This document shows, in pieces, positions 47,005 to 60,457 of a stretch of DNA of 64,000 nucleotides; position 1 is the first letter of the stretch, and every line of letters starts with the position of its first letter. Below the pieces are notes generated by a model, which searched no databases, had not been told where the DNA came from, and saw only the letters and a program-made list of their open reading frames with translations. Both the position numbers and the translations under genes were made by a program. The DNA lies in the NCBI GenBank assembly GCA_004022145.1, contig RCNU01000009.1; one strand, given 5' to 3'. This DNA comes from Paecilomyces variotii. Taxonomy: Eukaryota.

Positions 47005-48322
47005 TCAGGCCTTGCCCAAGATGGTCTGGCTGGGATCATGGAGGATATCTGCAAGTCGTTGCGCAGCATCTTCGCTGAAGCATAACTCCTCACTAGCCAT
47101 GCAACGCTCGATAAAGTCCTTGGCACGCGGGAACATTTCCTCTTCATACTGTGCCACTGCACGCTCCAATTGATCGTCTTCATCTGCGACTCCGTCACCA
47201 GTGCGCTTATATTGCTCGACGATACGGTCTGCCAACACAAGTGCGTCGTACATGGCCCAGTTGACGCCCTCGCCAACAAAAGGCGTCGAGACGTGCGCTG
47301 CATCACCTATGAGAGCAAGGCCACGGACACGCGTCCACCCCATCGATTCGACAAGCATTCTATGCATCGCCCAGGAGCGGAGGGGCCCTTCTGTATTAGC
47401 GATAATCTCTTTGAGATCTGGCGCCCAATCGGCGAAGAATTCAGAGGAAGATAAGAATGTATTCTTAGCAGACTCTGTGGAAGAAATGTCAATAATGTTG
47501 CGGGGAAAGTCTTCGGGCACTTGCAGTCCAAGATACACCCGATAGGATCCGTCGGCCACCTGTTGTACAGCAAGCTGCTTACCAGCCCCCATCGCCATCA
47601 TTGTTCCAGCGCCCGTAACTGCGTTGACAGCGGCGTAGCGTGGATTGCCTTGCGGGATGCGGCCTTCGATATACATTTTCCTGGAATATACCGGTTTTGC
47701 AGGCGTGATCTAGGGAAGAACAGATAATATGTGTCAGCGATTTTGGTCCGAACTCACTCTGAAAGATGTCTTTCGCAGGCTTTATTCGAGAAGAGTCCCT
47801 CCATAGCTTAGAGGAGCCACTTACCAGCGGCCTGATCTTGCTCCATGCTCCATCAGCTCCAACAATGAGCTTGAACCCAGCCGCCGTGCTGCCGTCCGCA
47901 AATCTAATCACCCAACCGGCACCAGATTCAACCTTCTCCACAGCCTTGACAGCATGATCCCAACGGATTTTCTCCTCGGGCACAGAATCAAGGAGAAGAC
48001 GACGCAATTGCACACGATCGATCTCGGGTCCCTCCGCTCCTTTGTCAAAATTGACGTACGTTTTACCGGCTGGGTCCATAACGACTCCTGTACCGGCGTT
48101 CCAGCGAGCGATCTTGCTATACTCTTCAAAAAGACCTGCGCGCTTCAGAGCGAGCTGGCCTGTTTTTGGGTGTAAGTCCAAGGTGCCACCCTGATGTTGC
48201 GGCGTGGGTGTGGATGATGCGTCACGCTCGAAGATGATATAGTTGATATTGTTGAGCTCGAGCAAACGAGCGAATGTTAGTCCGCATGGCCCAGCACCGA
48301 TGATTGCAATGTCAGGAGCCAT
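47005..48322 (-). CDS. FAD-dependent monooxygenase, TetX-like group A, 2 exons
   Basis: Motifs IAIIGAGPCGL, QGGTLDLH, PEIDR, VGADGAWSKIRP and LIGDAAHVSTPFVGEGVNWAMYD. Intron 47824-47710. Confidence 0.87.
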
Positions 48323-48918
48323 TATGGACTAATGGGGAGAATAACAACAGTGGGATGAGATATTGAGTTCAAGAACGGAATAGATCTGTTTCTGTTACTT
48401 GACTGCTTTGTCTTTCTGGAAGAAAGAGCTCACTCGAAGCAATGCAGTTGTCATTAAATTCTAGTAACTGGGTTCTAAGAAGTCTCTGGGGGTTCTTATA
48501 TTCGGTGCACTTGAACTTCCTTCTCGTTCAGTATAGTAGACTAGGTAGCATCTAGAAAAGGGTCTAAGGAGTAGTGATTGGATGCACTCGGACAACCCCG
48601 CAGCATGACTATGGATGAATCATACTGTGTCCTGTGTTTCTGAGCTATCTTTACAGTTTCTTATAGCTATAATTTTGATACCATATGTCTCGCGGCCTCC
48701 GGAAGAAACACGTATGATTGGAGAATGACGGAAACAGCGGGGGCACCCCAGCCACTCATAACAAGACCTTCCGGAAGTTGTGGGGCCCTGTTCACTCATC
48801 GTCCGGAAGGGTATTGAGGTGGCCTCCGGCTTCATTCTATCAGATTTGTTCTCGATCATTGCCTGGTGTCTGGAATCTCTTTGAGTAGGGGGGTCTCTCG
48901 ATCAATTCAGTCGTTAGG

Positions 48919-51457
48919 ATGCAAAATAACGAAGCAACAAAGACAGGCGATGGTCTAGCCCGCTTCGCAGTAAGGAAGAGTTGAACAATTCTTTGCTCTG
49001 CAACTGCTGACCGCAGTCTAGTGTGACTACTGTCGACAGAAAAAGCTCAAGTAATACACACCATAATGTTGAGTTTGATAAAGCTAATTAGATCCCAGGT
49101 GTTCAAAGGAGCTACCCAAATGTAGCACCTGTAAGCCATGGCCCGGCAGTTGTGACTATTCGCGAGATAATTCATCTCCTTCTCATGTCCCAACAAATCA
49201 GAAGTAGGCTGTCCAAAATGCCTGTCTCGTAGACTATTTCATGACTGATTAGTTTGGGACCAAGTGATGTGGACACGAGCACACAGAATGCACAGCATTC
49301 TCTTCAGATGGACGGCAATATTGGCCAACGGCTGCAACGTGTTGAGAATGCTATCCAGCAATTAAACATTTCAATCAACCAGATTTTGAGAGTCGTGGCC
49401 CCAGATATTCAGGAAATGCAGAGGCAGGGACCAACTTCGACAATTCCTGGCCCGAAGAGCGACCCCAGTCCGGGGCTTTTCGTCGGTCCATCACACGCAT
49501 TCTCATTCCTAAGGGAGACATCAGCTACTATCGAGGCTATATCCAAGTCGCAGAGCTCTGTTCATCAGGAAGCTCATTCGGAACTACAGTATCTATCTAA
49601 TACGTTAACTAGGGCCGAAATCGATCAGGGGATGAGAGAGGAGGCCTCTGGGTTCTACGTGCCCACGGAAAGGGTTGGATACAGTCTGATAGGCCGTAAG
49701 CTTTTTGTTATCCATAACACGTCGATCATTCTGGCTGAAGTCTGCTCATTTTAGGTTTCCTTGAATGCATAGAGATGGCTGAGGTATATTTCGAGATTCC
49801 ATCGCATGATATCCTAAGACAGGTTGTCTTTGATCCAGGAAATGTCGCCCAGAAGGCGTGGGTGGTTTTATTCAATTATATGATGCTTGCCCTCGTTTCC
49901 GCGGAACATGATGATAATAATCAAGTCGAAAGGTTTCGACGGAACATGCAACTTGCACTCAACAACAGCAGTATCTTTCTTGAACCACGTGAAGAGAATA
50001 TACAGGCTTTGGTGCTACTTGCTGTCCACGGAGAGGACTTTGCCTCCCCTAACTTGTCCTGGATGTTGGTAGGACATGCTTGCCGCCAAGCTGAAGCTCT
50101 GGGGCTTCATGCTGCCTCCGACAATGACTCCGATGTCAGACAACGGAAACTCTGTCTCTTCTGGCTCCTTTTTGCGATCGACAAATCTTGTGCCCTTGCT
50201 TTTGGCCGACCTACGTTTCTCCCTACAGCCCTGTACGGGAATATACCATTGCCTGGCCGTCATTACTTGCTTAAATTCCATCCACATGAGAACCCAGTTA
50301 TCAGTGACTCTTGCAGCAGCACGCAGGGTTCTACATTTGGAGCTGAGCTATTTAGCAGTATGATCGAAGTGGCAAAGTTGACCGGCCACATAGTGGATCT
50401 CTTGACCTTTGGGGAGTCACCTCTGACAAGAGATGAACTCAGGATAAAACTCGATGCATGGTATACGCACACAAATAAGGTCCGTTCACTCTGTATCCTT
50501 GTAGAATTTCGATGATAGATTCTTACTTGTGTCCTCATAAGGCTCTGTCGGAAACCATAACCAGAGAAAGCGCTTGGGCGAATGCGACTCAACTTCGAGA
50601 GATGCATCTAGGCGTTCATGGCATCAGATTTGGATATCTGCATACCCTTATTGTACTTCTCAAAGGAGATGCTTCTTGCTCAAGCCTTCGGTTGGCATCT
50701 GCCCGAGAGGCCATCTCACTTCTGCCCTCAATGGTCTCCAACTGGAAATCCGTTTACAATGGAGCAGTATGGTATGAATCCCTATACCTTTCCCACGCAA
50801 GCTAAAACTCCTATCCTACAAATTCTTACCCCGTCATGAAATCATCGTAGGCAACTCCTTTATTATCCCTTTACTCCATTCTTCGTGATATTCGAGAACA
50901 TTGTTCACAGCCGCGGATCGTTGAGGTCAATGATCGATCATGACCTTGGCCTGCTGGCCACAACAGTATCCTATTTTGCTAGCATGAGAAGCCAACTACA
51001 TCTCCTGGCCAAGATCTGCTCCAGGTTGGAACGTGTCGCCTCTGTATTCCTGCAGCTTGCACAACATCATGTGAGGACCACTATGTCAAGACAGGCTGCT
51101 AGTCAAACTACGACATCTAGCAACTTTTCCCAGATGACGCTACCGTACGAAGAGAGTCAGAGATATGATTCACTTGATAGAGAGCGCACTAATGCTGCAT
51201 CACTTCCGGGTAACGCACTTCACGAGGAAAGCGCTCCGCATTTTGCCATCGAAGGGTTAGATCTCGATAGTTACCTACAGTGGCTACCAGCAGATATAAC
51301 AGCTCCATGGCCTGCATCTGGACCTGAAAGGCAAAATATCCCATCAGTACCTGGAGTTGCTCCTACATCAAGTTATTCACACAGTCGCAAACGGGCGTTG
51401 GATAGCACCTTCGACTGGTTTTCTTGGGATGCATACTATGCTGGAACGTCTCAGTAG
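48919..51457 (+). CDS. Zn2Cys6 transcription factor with fungal-specific TF domain, multi-exon
   Basis: Spliced zinc cluster ACDYCRQKKLKCSKELPKCSTCKPWPGSCDY. Middle-homology region SWMLVGHACRQAEALGLH...LFWLLFAIDKSCALAFGRP, then LLYYPFTPFFVIF. Confidence 0.85.
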
Positions 51458-52542
51458 CTAAATTTACATGTTCTTCGACTTCATGTTCCATGTATATATT
51501 TACGAAAGTAATATTATGGATACTTGCATTGTGCACGTTTGATGCCATATCCAACCGATCATTAGCTTTTCGACTGCAACCCCCACGACGGCAGCAGTTG
51601 GAAACTTGTCGCTGATATAATTATATACCTAGCTGCCGTAGTCTGGTTTCATAATAGCATAATCGAACTTAGAAGTACCATATTAGCGTGGACCTATGAT
51701 TAATCTCATACTGGACCCGGAATTCGAAACAAAGAAACCACTAGAACAAAGGAAGGAAATTCAGCTACTAACAATTCACCATCAAACTAACAAATTCAGC
51801 ACATTGAGAATAATGATGCTGCTCAATGTGCGGATAATATGACTCCTCAAATGAGTTTTGTGAGTGGTGTTCGCATGTAATGTGCTTAAAATAGCATCTG
51901 CGTGTCTTGTGAGACGTGAATTGCAGTCACGCACCTGCCTTGTTCTCGGCGATGTTTGCTGGCAGGTCTGCGCCTCTTTTATGCAAAACATGATTCCTGC
52001 CTTTATAGTATTTTCTCATTCCACAATCGCCAGCCCGTTAAGGATAGCTTCTTGCTTTATTCTCAGACATCGCACAAGGCGCAAATATGTGCCTCACTCT
52101 CTAAGAGGACGATGCAGTTGACCCGCAAGATTCGTTTGCATGGCAAGCCTCTGTAGCTGAGGTAAGAAGAGGAAACAGAGATCTATCGGCACGACTCGAC
52201 TTCTGAATCACTTCTTAATAACTCTTTGATACTAGGTATTCGTCTACGGTATCGTCGCAGGTACATCGAAAATAATCTTCTATTACTCGGATCCATCAGT
52301 CTCCTCATTCCGTCGCTATCGTCAATCATAAGGCTTCCTGGTAGCAGGTCACTATTACAACTTCAGGGCTGCCACTTCTGCCAATATCTTCTGACCGACG
52401 GTTTTCGCTTCTATATTGCTTCGTATCCTTAGCGAGGTTCGTCCGCAACTGGCTCACGGGTCTCTGCGACAGATCAATAACCAGAAGCCTCTTTCTTTGG
52501 ACACAGATAGTCCATTGTCTCGTTCATATAACGTTGAATCTC

Positions 52543-55090
52543 ATGTCGGAATACGACAACGGCGAGTCGCCAAGTACGGCACCATGGCCGGTGAAAGATG
52601 TATGCCGGACAAGCCCTTGAAATGCTGGGAGAATATGATTTAACCAGATTTGTCATAGATTGTCTACGTATCTATAATCGGTCCCGTCATGCTCGCCGCC
52701 TTTCTCGAGTGGTTTCTTTGGTTGGCGGCATTTCTCTATTGCCTGGTCAAGGTATATCAGAAGGCGGAACACTGGAGCATCAAGGTCCTAGCCATCATGA
52801 TGATGTTCTTGTTCACGATTTTCAGGTAGAGTGAAATAGCTACTCTGTTCGGAAGCACAGACTTACCAGATGGTTTCTGTACAGGGGTATCTTCCTCCCG
52901 GTCATGGTTGTCACTCTTCCGTTGCCAGCCGCAATCACACAATATTTTCCAGAAAAGATGGTCTCGTTTCTACAGTGGTTTGCCTTCTGGACATTCGCAG
53001 TTCTCTTGATCGTGCCATGGTTATTTTGCGTTTACAGGCTAGTCACTAGTTCTCTGGGAAGAACAAAACGCATCAAGCAGGTCCTCGATGATAAGACCGC
53101 TCCGAAGACGGTTATCGTGATGCCAGTATACAAAGAGGACCCCGCCGTTCTGATAAAGGCTATCGACTCTGTCGTTGACTGCGACTACCCAGCATATTGT
53201 ATTCACGTATTTCTATCGTACGATGGAGGTGTCGTCGATGAGGATTACCTGAAAGTCGTCTCGCACCTCGGTATTCCGATCTCTCTCAAAAGCTATCCTC
53301 AGAGCATCGATGTGACCTACAAGGGTGCAAGAATAACGGTATCGCGGTTCAAGCACGGCGGCAAACGCCATTGCCAGAAGCAGACCTTCAAACTAATAGA
53401 TAAGGTGTATGCAGACTATCTCAAACGGCATGATAACTTGTTCGTACTTTTCATCGATTCCGATTGCATACTTGACAGAGTCTGTCTGCAAAACTTTATG
53501 TACGACATGGAGTTGAAGCCAGGTAGCAAGCATAATATGCTTGCTATGACCGGGGTCATCACGTCGACAACAGAAAAGAACTCTCTGATTACGATCTTGC
53601 AGGACATGGAATATATTCATGGACAGCTCTTCGAGCGTTCTGTTGAGTCGAGCTGTGGTGCAGTGACTTGCCTACCAGGGGCACTGACAATACTACGGTT
53701 TTCAGCGTTCCGCAAGATGGCCAAGTACTACTTCGCTGACAAGGCTGAGCAGTGCGAAGATTTGTTCGATTATGGGAAATGTCACCTGGGAGAAGATCGG
53801 TGGCTTACGCATTTGTTTATGATTGGGGCCAAGGAGAGGTATCAGATACAGATGTGCACGAGCGCGTTCTGCAAGACCGAGGCAGTCCAGACCTTTCGAA
53901 GTCTGCTGAAGCAACGTCGTCGATGGTTTCTCGGATTCATTACCAATGAAGTCTGCATGTTGACGGATATTCGGCTATGGAAACGATACCCTGTGTTATG
54001 TCTGGTGCGTTTTATGCAGAATACGATTCGCACCACCGCCCTCCTGTTCTTCATCATGGTCATCTCCATTATTACGACGTCCAACAAGATCAAGAATCTC
54101 CCAGTGGGTTTCATTGCTGTCTCCTTGGGCCTCAACTATCTCCTCATGCTCTATTTTGGGGCAAAGTTGAAGCGGTTCAAGGCGTGGCTTTATCCGCTGA
54201 TGTTCATCTTGAACCCGTTCTTCAATTGGCTCTATATGGTTTACGGCATCTTCACTGCAGGACAGCGAACCTGGGGTGGTCCAAGAGCGGATGCTGCAGC
54301 CGCTGGTGATCACATCTCACCTGAGGAAGCTGTGGAACAGGCAAAGGCTCAGGGTGACGAACTCAACGTGAACCTCGACACATTCCGGACAGCAGAGGAA
54401 GAGAAGAAAGTGGTTCCAATACATCCTTCCGAGAAGGTGGAGGGTCGCTTCGCAGCACCAGAACAGCTGTCCAATGGCTACTATCTCAATAGGGAGGATT
54501 CAGCCTTGACACTCTCTCAGGTCATGACGCAGTTCCCTGATATCCCACGAATCCCGCTACAGTCGCGCAACTCATTCGATTCGGTCTTTACTGGTGAATC
54601 AGGAGAGACTTCGATTTGCATGCCGCGTCGCATTGAGAGTATCATGGGTGAGGAGGATCTGGCTAAACTATACATTGCCCGTCAGGCACAACGGTCATCC
54701 AGTTCGATTGTTGACCCCGGCGAGTCTGACTATGCGAACATCACAAACGGGACTGGGTTATCACAGGAGAATAGCCATGGGAGTCTTGATTCCGTCACTC
54801 AATCGCTACTGACAATACCGACCAACTCGACAGTCAGCGTGTCAAGCACTCCGCTGGCTCTTCCAGACACGACCCTGGATCTTTCACGCTCGTCACACTT
54901 GATGCGCAGCCCCCTTGGGAGGAACAGTCCGCAGCAACCTTACTGGGATGAGAGTGCCGAGGGCCTGGAGAGCGAGTCCCACCCGTCCCTCGTGCCCCTG
55001 CAGAGGCCTAACCGGGCGCGCCCTAAGAAGCTGCAGAAGAAACGGCTGTGGCCATTCAAGAGATCGCGCGATGCCGATGACCTGGTATGA
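52543..55090 (+). CDS. chsD: Chitin synthase, ChsD-type (class VI)
   Basis: Motifs MPVYKE, FIDSD, VTCLPG, LGEDRWLT and QRRRW; the sequence resembles A. fumigatus ChsD as I recall it. Upstream exons inferred at 52543-52590 and from 52659. The start is tentative. Confidence 0.88.
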
Positions 55091-55686
55091 ATAACCCAAC
55101 ACATTTCTGGAGCCCAAAATCAAGACCAAAAGACAATGCAATGTCAGGCAGTTAGTCCTCAATTCTCAAGACAGTCTTTGGCGACGAATTCAGGCTACTA
55201 TCATAGCAAGCTAATACCGAAAAAGTCTTCAATGAATTCGACTCGCAAAGAACCCCGTACCCTAGTAGACAGATTTACCGAAAAGAGGCCTATCAGGGAC
55301 ATACTCGTGTCTGGCCAGCGGGCTACGTCAGTTGGTCCGAAAGAGAACCAACATTCATCAAAGGAATCATTCATTATTCCTCCTCGATTGAATAACCAGA
55401 AGTGGGGCACTCCCAGGCGTTCTGGCCCATAGCGTAGAGTATCTACCATGATGACTAGAGTATGCTGGGCAGAAGCTACTCGTAATTGCTTCCAGCCATT
55501 CTAGAGTAGGAGATAACAGCCACTAATTGCCCTCAACGATAAATAATCCCGTCGACAGTTGACGCCCAAAAGAACAGAATCAACATGACATGGAGAGCCC
55601 CGCCAAGAGCGGTCAGCCCGCCACCTCAGTTCTGCCGGATGAAAAACTACAGGGCGGTGAGTTGGGCGAAGAATCGAGTGGGCACC

Positions 55687-55706
55687 AGAAGCTTCGATGC
55701 GAGAAA
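55687..55706. promoter_or_regulatory. Putative heat-shock element upstream of hsp88
   Basis: AGAAGCTTCG (nGAAnnTTCn) followed by a gapped AGAAA unit, about 400 bp upstream of the Hsp110 ATG. Confidence 0.4.
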
Positions 55707-56086
55707 TATTGAGTAAAGGCAGAGCAGAACAGGAAGGGAGTAGAGGATATTCTCAGATAATCGAGTATTTTTAGGTCAATGTCCAGAATTCACCCTTTTT
55801 GTTGATCTTCCAGTTGTCCTGTGAATAATAATTGTTGTTGAGCACGCTGTTCAGTGACGAAGGTAATAATAATACTTGCGCAAGGACGCTGCCTCGCCCG
55901 CCTGACGACCAGTGCCCGCCCAAAAAAAAACCCAGCCCACCTCACCGTCTATCACCGCCGCTGTGATAAGTTAGCTCGCAGCTGCAAATTCCTCCCCTCC
56001 GCAACCCATCATCCGCTCCATTCTCTCTCCTCCACCCACCTTTCAACCCGCCATACCATCTTCCATCACCTAAATCTTCTCCCACA

Positions 56087-58575
56087 ATGAGTGTTGTCGG
56101 CATAGATTTCGGTGCGCAGAGCACCAAGATTGGTGTCGCAAGGAACAAGGGTATTGACATTGTGCGTAACCTCCCCCTCCTCCCCCCGCCATAAGAGTCA
56201 ACCGACCAGATCTATGTGCAATAGGTGGCTACGCCAGATGTGAAACAAGACTAACATGCAGTGCTGGTGCACAGATCACAAATGAGGTCTCCAACCGATC
56301 AACTCCGTAAGTTGATATCCTGTTTTATTTATTATTATAACTGCTGTGAAATATCTGTACTGACGGTGGCTCTTTGTCGTATACAGATCTCTAGTTGGAT
56401 TCGGTCCCAAGAGCAGATATCTGGGTGAGACGGCCAAGACACAGGAGGTCTCCAACCTCAAGAACACCGTCGGTTCGTTGAAGCGTCTCCTCGGTCGTAC
56501 GTTCTCAGACCCAGATGTCCAGATCGAGCAGGAGTACAACACGGCTACCCTGTGTGAAGTCAATGGACAGGTTGGTGCTGAGGTGACCTACCTCGGGAAG
56601 AAGGAGAAGTTCACTGGAACGCAACTGGTGGCCGCCTACCTGAGCAAGATCAAGGACACCGCCTCCAGGGAGCTCAAGCTTCCCGTTTCCGATGTCGTCC
56701 TCAGCTGCCCGCCCTGGTTCACTGATGCGCAGCGGAGAGCTATGGTGGATGCCGCCGAAATCGCCGGTCTGAAGCTGCTGAGACTTATGAACGACACGAC
56801 TGCCGCCGCCCTGGGCTACGGTATCACCAAGCTGGATCTCCCCTCCGCGGAGGAGAAGCCCCGGAGAGTGGTCTTCGTCGATATCGGACACAGCAACTAC
56901 ACCGCTTCCGTTGTTGAGTTCCGAAAGGGCGAGCTCAATGTGAAGGCGACCGCTTACGACCGTCACTTCGGTGGTCGCAACTTCGACAAGGCCCTCGTCG
57001 ACCACTTCGCCGATGAGTTCAAGGAGAAGTACAAGGTCGACATCCGCGCCAACACCAAGGCCTGGGCCCGTACCCTCACTGCGGCCGAGAAGCTGAAGAA
57101 GGTTCTGTCCGCCAATGCCCAGGCACCCCTCAGCATTGAGTCTCTGACGGAGGATATCGATGTGCGTGCTATGGTCAAGCGTGAGGAGATGGAGGAGATG
57201 GTTCGCCCCCTGTTGGAGCGCATCACCGTGCCCCTGGAGCAGGCTCTCGCGGAGGCCAAGTTGAAGGTTGAGGACATCGACTACATTGAGATGGTTGGTG
57301 GCTGCACCCGTGTTCCCATCATCAAGGAGACCATCAGCAAGTTCTTCGGAAAGCCTCTGTCCTTCACTCTCAACCAGGACGAGGCCATTGCCCGTGGATG
57401 TGCTTTCAGCTGCGCCATCCTTTCCCCCGTCTTCCGTGTCCGTGACTTCGCCGTGCACGACATTGTCAACTACCCCATCGAGTTCACCTGGGAGCAGTCC
57501 CCCGAAATTCCCGACGAGGACACCAGCCTTACGGTCTTCAACAAGGGCAATGTCATGCCTTCCACCAAGATCCTCACCTTCTACCGCAAGCAGCCTTTCG
57601 ACCTCGAGGCTCGCTATGCCAAGCCTGAGCTGCTCCCTGGCAAGATCAACCCCTGGATCGGACGTTTCTCCGTCAAGGGTGTCAAGGCTGACGCCAACGA
57701 TGACTTCATGATCTGCAAGCTGAAGGCTAGACTGAACCTTCACGGTATCCTGAACGTGGAGAGCGGCTACTACGTTGAGGACGTTGAGGTTGAGGAGCCT
57801 ATCCCCGAGGAGGGTGAGAAGAAGGAGGGCGATGTAAGTATCCGCAGTTCCAAATGGGGGAAGTATCCGTTCTAACTTTTTCTTCTTTCCAACAGGCTAT
57901 GGAGACCGATGCTGCTACTGAAGGCAAGAAGACCCGCAAGGTCAAGAAGCAGGTTCGCAAGGGAGACCTGCCCATCTCGACCGGCACCTCCTCCATCGAC
58001 CAGCAGACCAAGGAGGCCTGGACCGAGCGTGAAAACGCCATGACTATGGAGGACAAGTTGGTCGCCGATACCGACGAGAAGAAGAACGAGCTTGAGGCGT
58101 TCATCTACGAGCTTCGTGACAAGATCGACACTACCTACTCTGAGTTCGCCAGCGAGGAGGAGAAGGAGAAGATCCGAGCCAAGCTGTCCTCTACGGAGGT
58201 GAGTAGCATATCCCCGTCTGAGACAGTTGCTCTCAAGATACTGATGATAATGTGTAGGACTGGCTCTACGAAGAGGGTGAGGACACCACCAAGGCTATCT
58301 ACGTTGCGAAGATGGACGAGATCCGTTTCCTGGCTGGTCCTGTTATCCAACGCTACCTGGACAAGGTCGAGGCTGAACGACAGGCCATCCTCAAGGCTCA
58401 GGAGGAAGAGGCAGCCAAGAAGCGCGCCGAGGAGGAGGCCAAGCGCAAGGCGGAGGAGGAGGCCAAGAAGGCTGCTGAGGCTAAGCCCGAGGCCGCTGAC
58501 GCGGAGATGAAGGATGCTCCTGCCGGCGAGACTACCGTTCCCGCGGAGAACGCTGAGGTTGAGGAGAAGCAGTAA
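56087..58575 (+). CDS. hsp88: Hsp110/Sse1-family chaperone (Hsp88), 5 exons
   Basis: MSVVGIDFG...ARNKGIDI|ITNEVSNRSTP|SLVGFGPKSR, LMNDTTAAALGYGITK, TLNQDEAIARG, KKNELEAFIYELR and DWLYEEGED. GT-AG introns and strong codon bias. Confidence 0.95.
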
Positions 58576-59408
58576 ATGCTGCCTTGAATGATGATCTTTC
58601 TTGGGCTGCATATGTTTTACATAGGTCCTGATGGATGGCGCGGATTTGGAGTGTCTGCTTCCCCGATCACGATGTAGAATGCGTGTGCTTGTTTTTGTAT
58701 TTTCCCATTGTGCTTCTTCCCCCATCGTTATTCTGATCTATGATGCCGGTGACGATGCACGGACAAAAAAGATGAGGAGGAGCAATAAAGAACAATAATT
58801 GAGTTTTCAGACTGTGGAAAGGATGGAGCTCCATTCAGACATGGAGCTTTTTCCTTTCCTCTTTCATGGCCTGATAGATGTCAGGTCCTAGAGTTGAAAG
58901 AAGCTGCGACATAGAGAGCTTATGATTAGCGAGAGAGGGAAATTGGCAATGGTATTGATTTCCTTCGACGGGAAAGGATTTGATGATAACAACTAGGAGA
59001 GTAGCAGTAGTAGTAATACGTTATAGACAGAATGGATCATTCACTGTCGACATTCTATGGGATTTATTGATGATATCTATCACCTTCTGTAGCAAGGCAG
59101 TGATTAAAACAGCCACAGACAACCAAGGGACTTCACTGCCTTTCTCTTTTCATCAGTTGCGAGCGCCTATTTGACCTGCCTGGTTTTACACTTCCTCCTT
59201 ACTTCCCTCATACTTCCTTTTCACTTTTTCACCTATTGTGGACCTTCCTTCAATCCACCTCGAACGCATCTAAGTCTTTATCTTCTGAACTCTCATCTTC
59301 TGAATTCTCAGTTGAATCCGAATATGAGGATCCTCTTGCGCAACTGGCGAAAGAAGTGAAGCAGCAGCTATTTACCACCAACGGGAGTTTACAAGAATAG
59401 AGTCGTTG

Positions 59409-59858
59409 GAACGCCGTCGACAAGTGCTTCAGCAAGACCAAACTCGCGACCAGTACCTCGTCTTTACACTTCTGTCTCTACGGTACAATCTTCTAGACTG
59501 AGTGATGATCAATCGCGAACAAGCAAGTATAGTCAATTCTTTTTTTTTATACAGAAACGGGAATCTTAATTATGAAGTTATTATAAATCTTGCACATGAA
59601 CTTGCGATAAGATCATTCAATTTCTTGATTAAGCGAAGGGCTATCTGCCATAAACAATGTCAATTCTATTCATCGCCAACGGGAGCTTATGAGAAGAATC
59701 TTTAGAACGCCGTCGATGAGCGCTTCAGCAAGACCAAACTTGAGTTTAGTTCTTTATCTCTATATCTATCTCCGCGGTATAATCTTCTAGACTGAGTGAT
59801 GATCAGTCGCGAATAAGCAAGTATAATCAATTCTTTTATTTATACAGAAATGGGATTC
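59409..59858 (+). repeat. Diverged direct repeat, two copies of about 150 bp (about 59409-59564 and 59706-59858)
   Basis: Shared blocks GAACGCCGTCGA..GCTTCAGCAAGACCAAACT and AATCTTCTAGACTGAGTGATGATCA..CGCGAA..AAGCAAGTATA..TCAATTCTTTT..TATACAGAAA. Confidence 0.85.
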
Positions 59859-60383
59859 AGAGCTCGATCACTATAAGAGAGAGATGTTGGTGAAGTCCTT
59901 CGGCACAAAATGTAAATCACATCATATGTTGATCTGCTCTTATTATTATGTGAACTCAGCTGGTTCCAACCTTCAGAGTCCATGCCGGAATGTTCACTTA
60001 TTTGACATCCCGACCTCGGATAGGTATATTCAGCAGGCTGTTAATTCTGCTCGAGCTATGTGCCATAAATGTCGATTGTGATATTTAGTCTTTCGGTTCG
60101 ACGATAATTATTGTGGGAAATTGGAGAAAGGAGGCTGAATGCTCCTGACTCCATCCGGCTTTGACAAATGCAAAGCTGAGTTTTGTGGTAGAAGTAGGAT
60201 TGTCGGAGTCTGAATTCTTAACTTATCTCAAACAAATAACTCAACTTCTGTTACCGGAGAGTCCCACGTGAATGGCATAACTACGACTACTACACAGCTG
60301 GGTATGCCCTTCGACAAGGTTGTTGGCCGTTCTCCTCGCCATCCCCTAGAGAGAGACTTGGTGATACCTGTGCAAGCGCTCAG

Positions 60384-60457
60384 AACTTTTGCTGAGAAGA
60401 TCTGGAGGGTCCAGAATTTAAAAGTTTTGCTGAGAAAATCAGGAGAGTGCAGAATCT
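60384..60457 (+). repeat. Imperfect 38-bp tandem duplication
   Basis: TTTTGCTGAGAAGATCTGGAGGGTCCAGAAT at 60387 and TTTTGCTGAGAAAATCAGGAGAGTGCAGAAT at 60425. Confidence 0.7.

Noticed and set aside
56505-57743. 412-aa minus-strand ORF
   Set aside because: Antisense to hsp88. Long antisense ORFs are a known by-product of codon bias in Hsp70-family genes.
59496-59510. CTGA/TGATGA words in the direct repeat, suggesting C/D-box snoRNAs
   Set aside because: The boxes are adjacent in the wrong order, with no terminal stem or guide recognisable.
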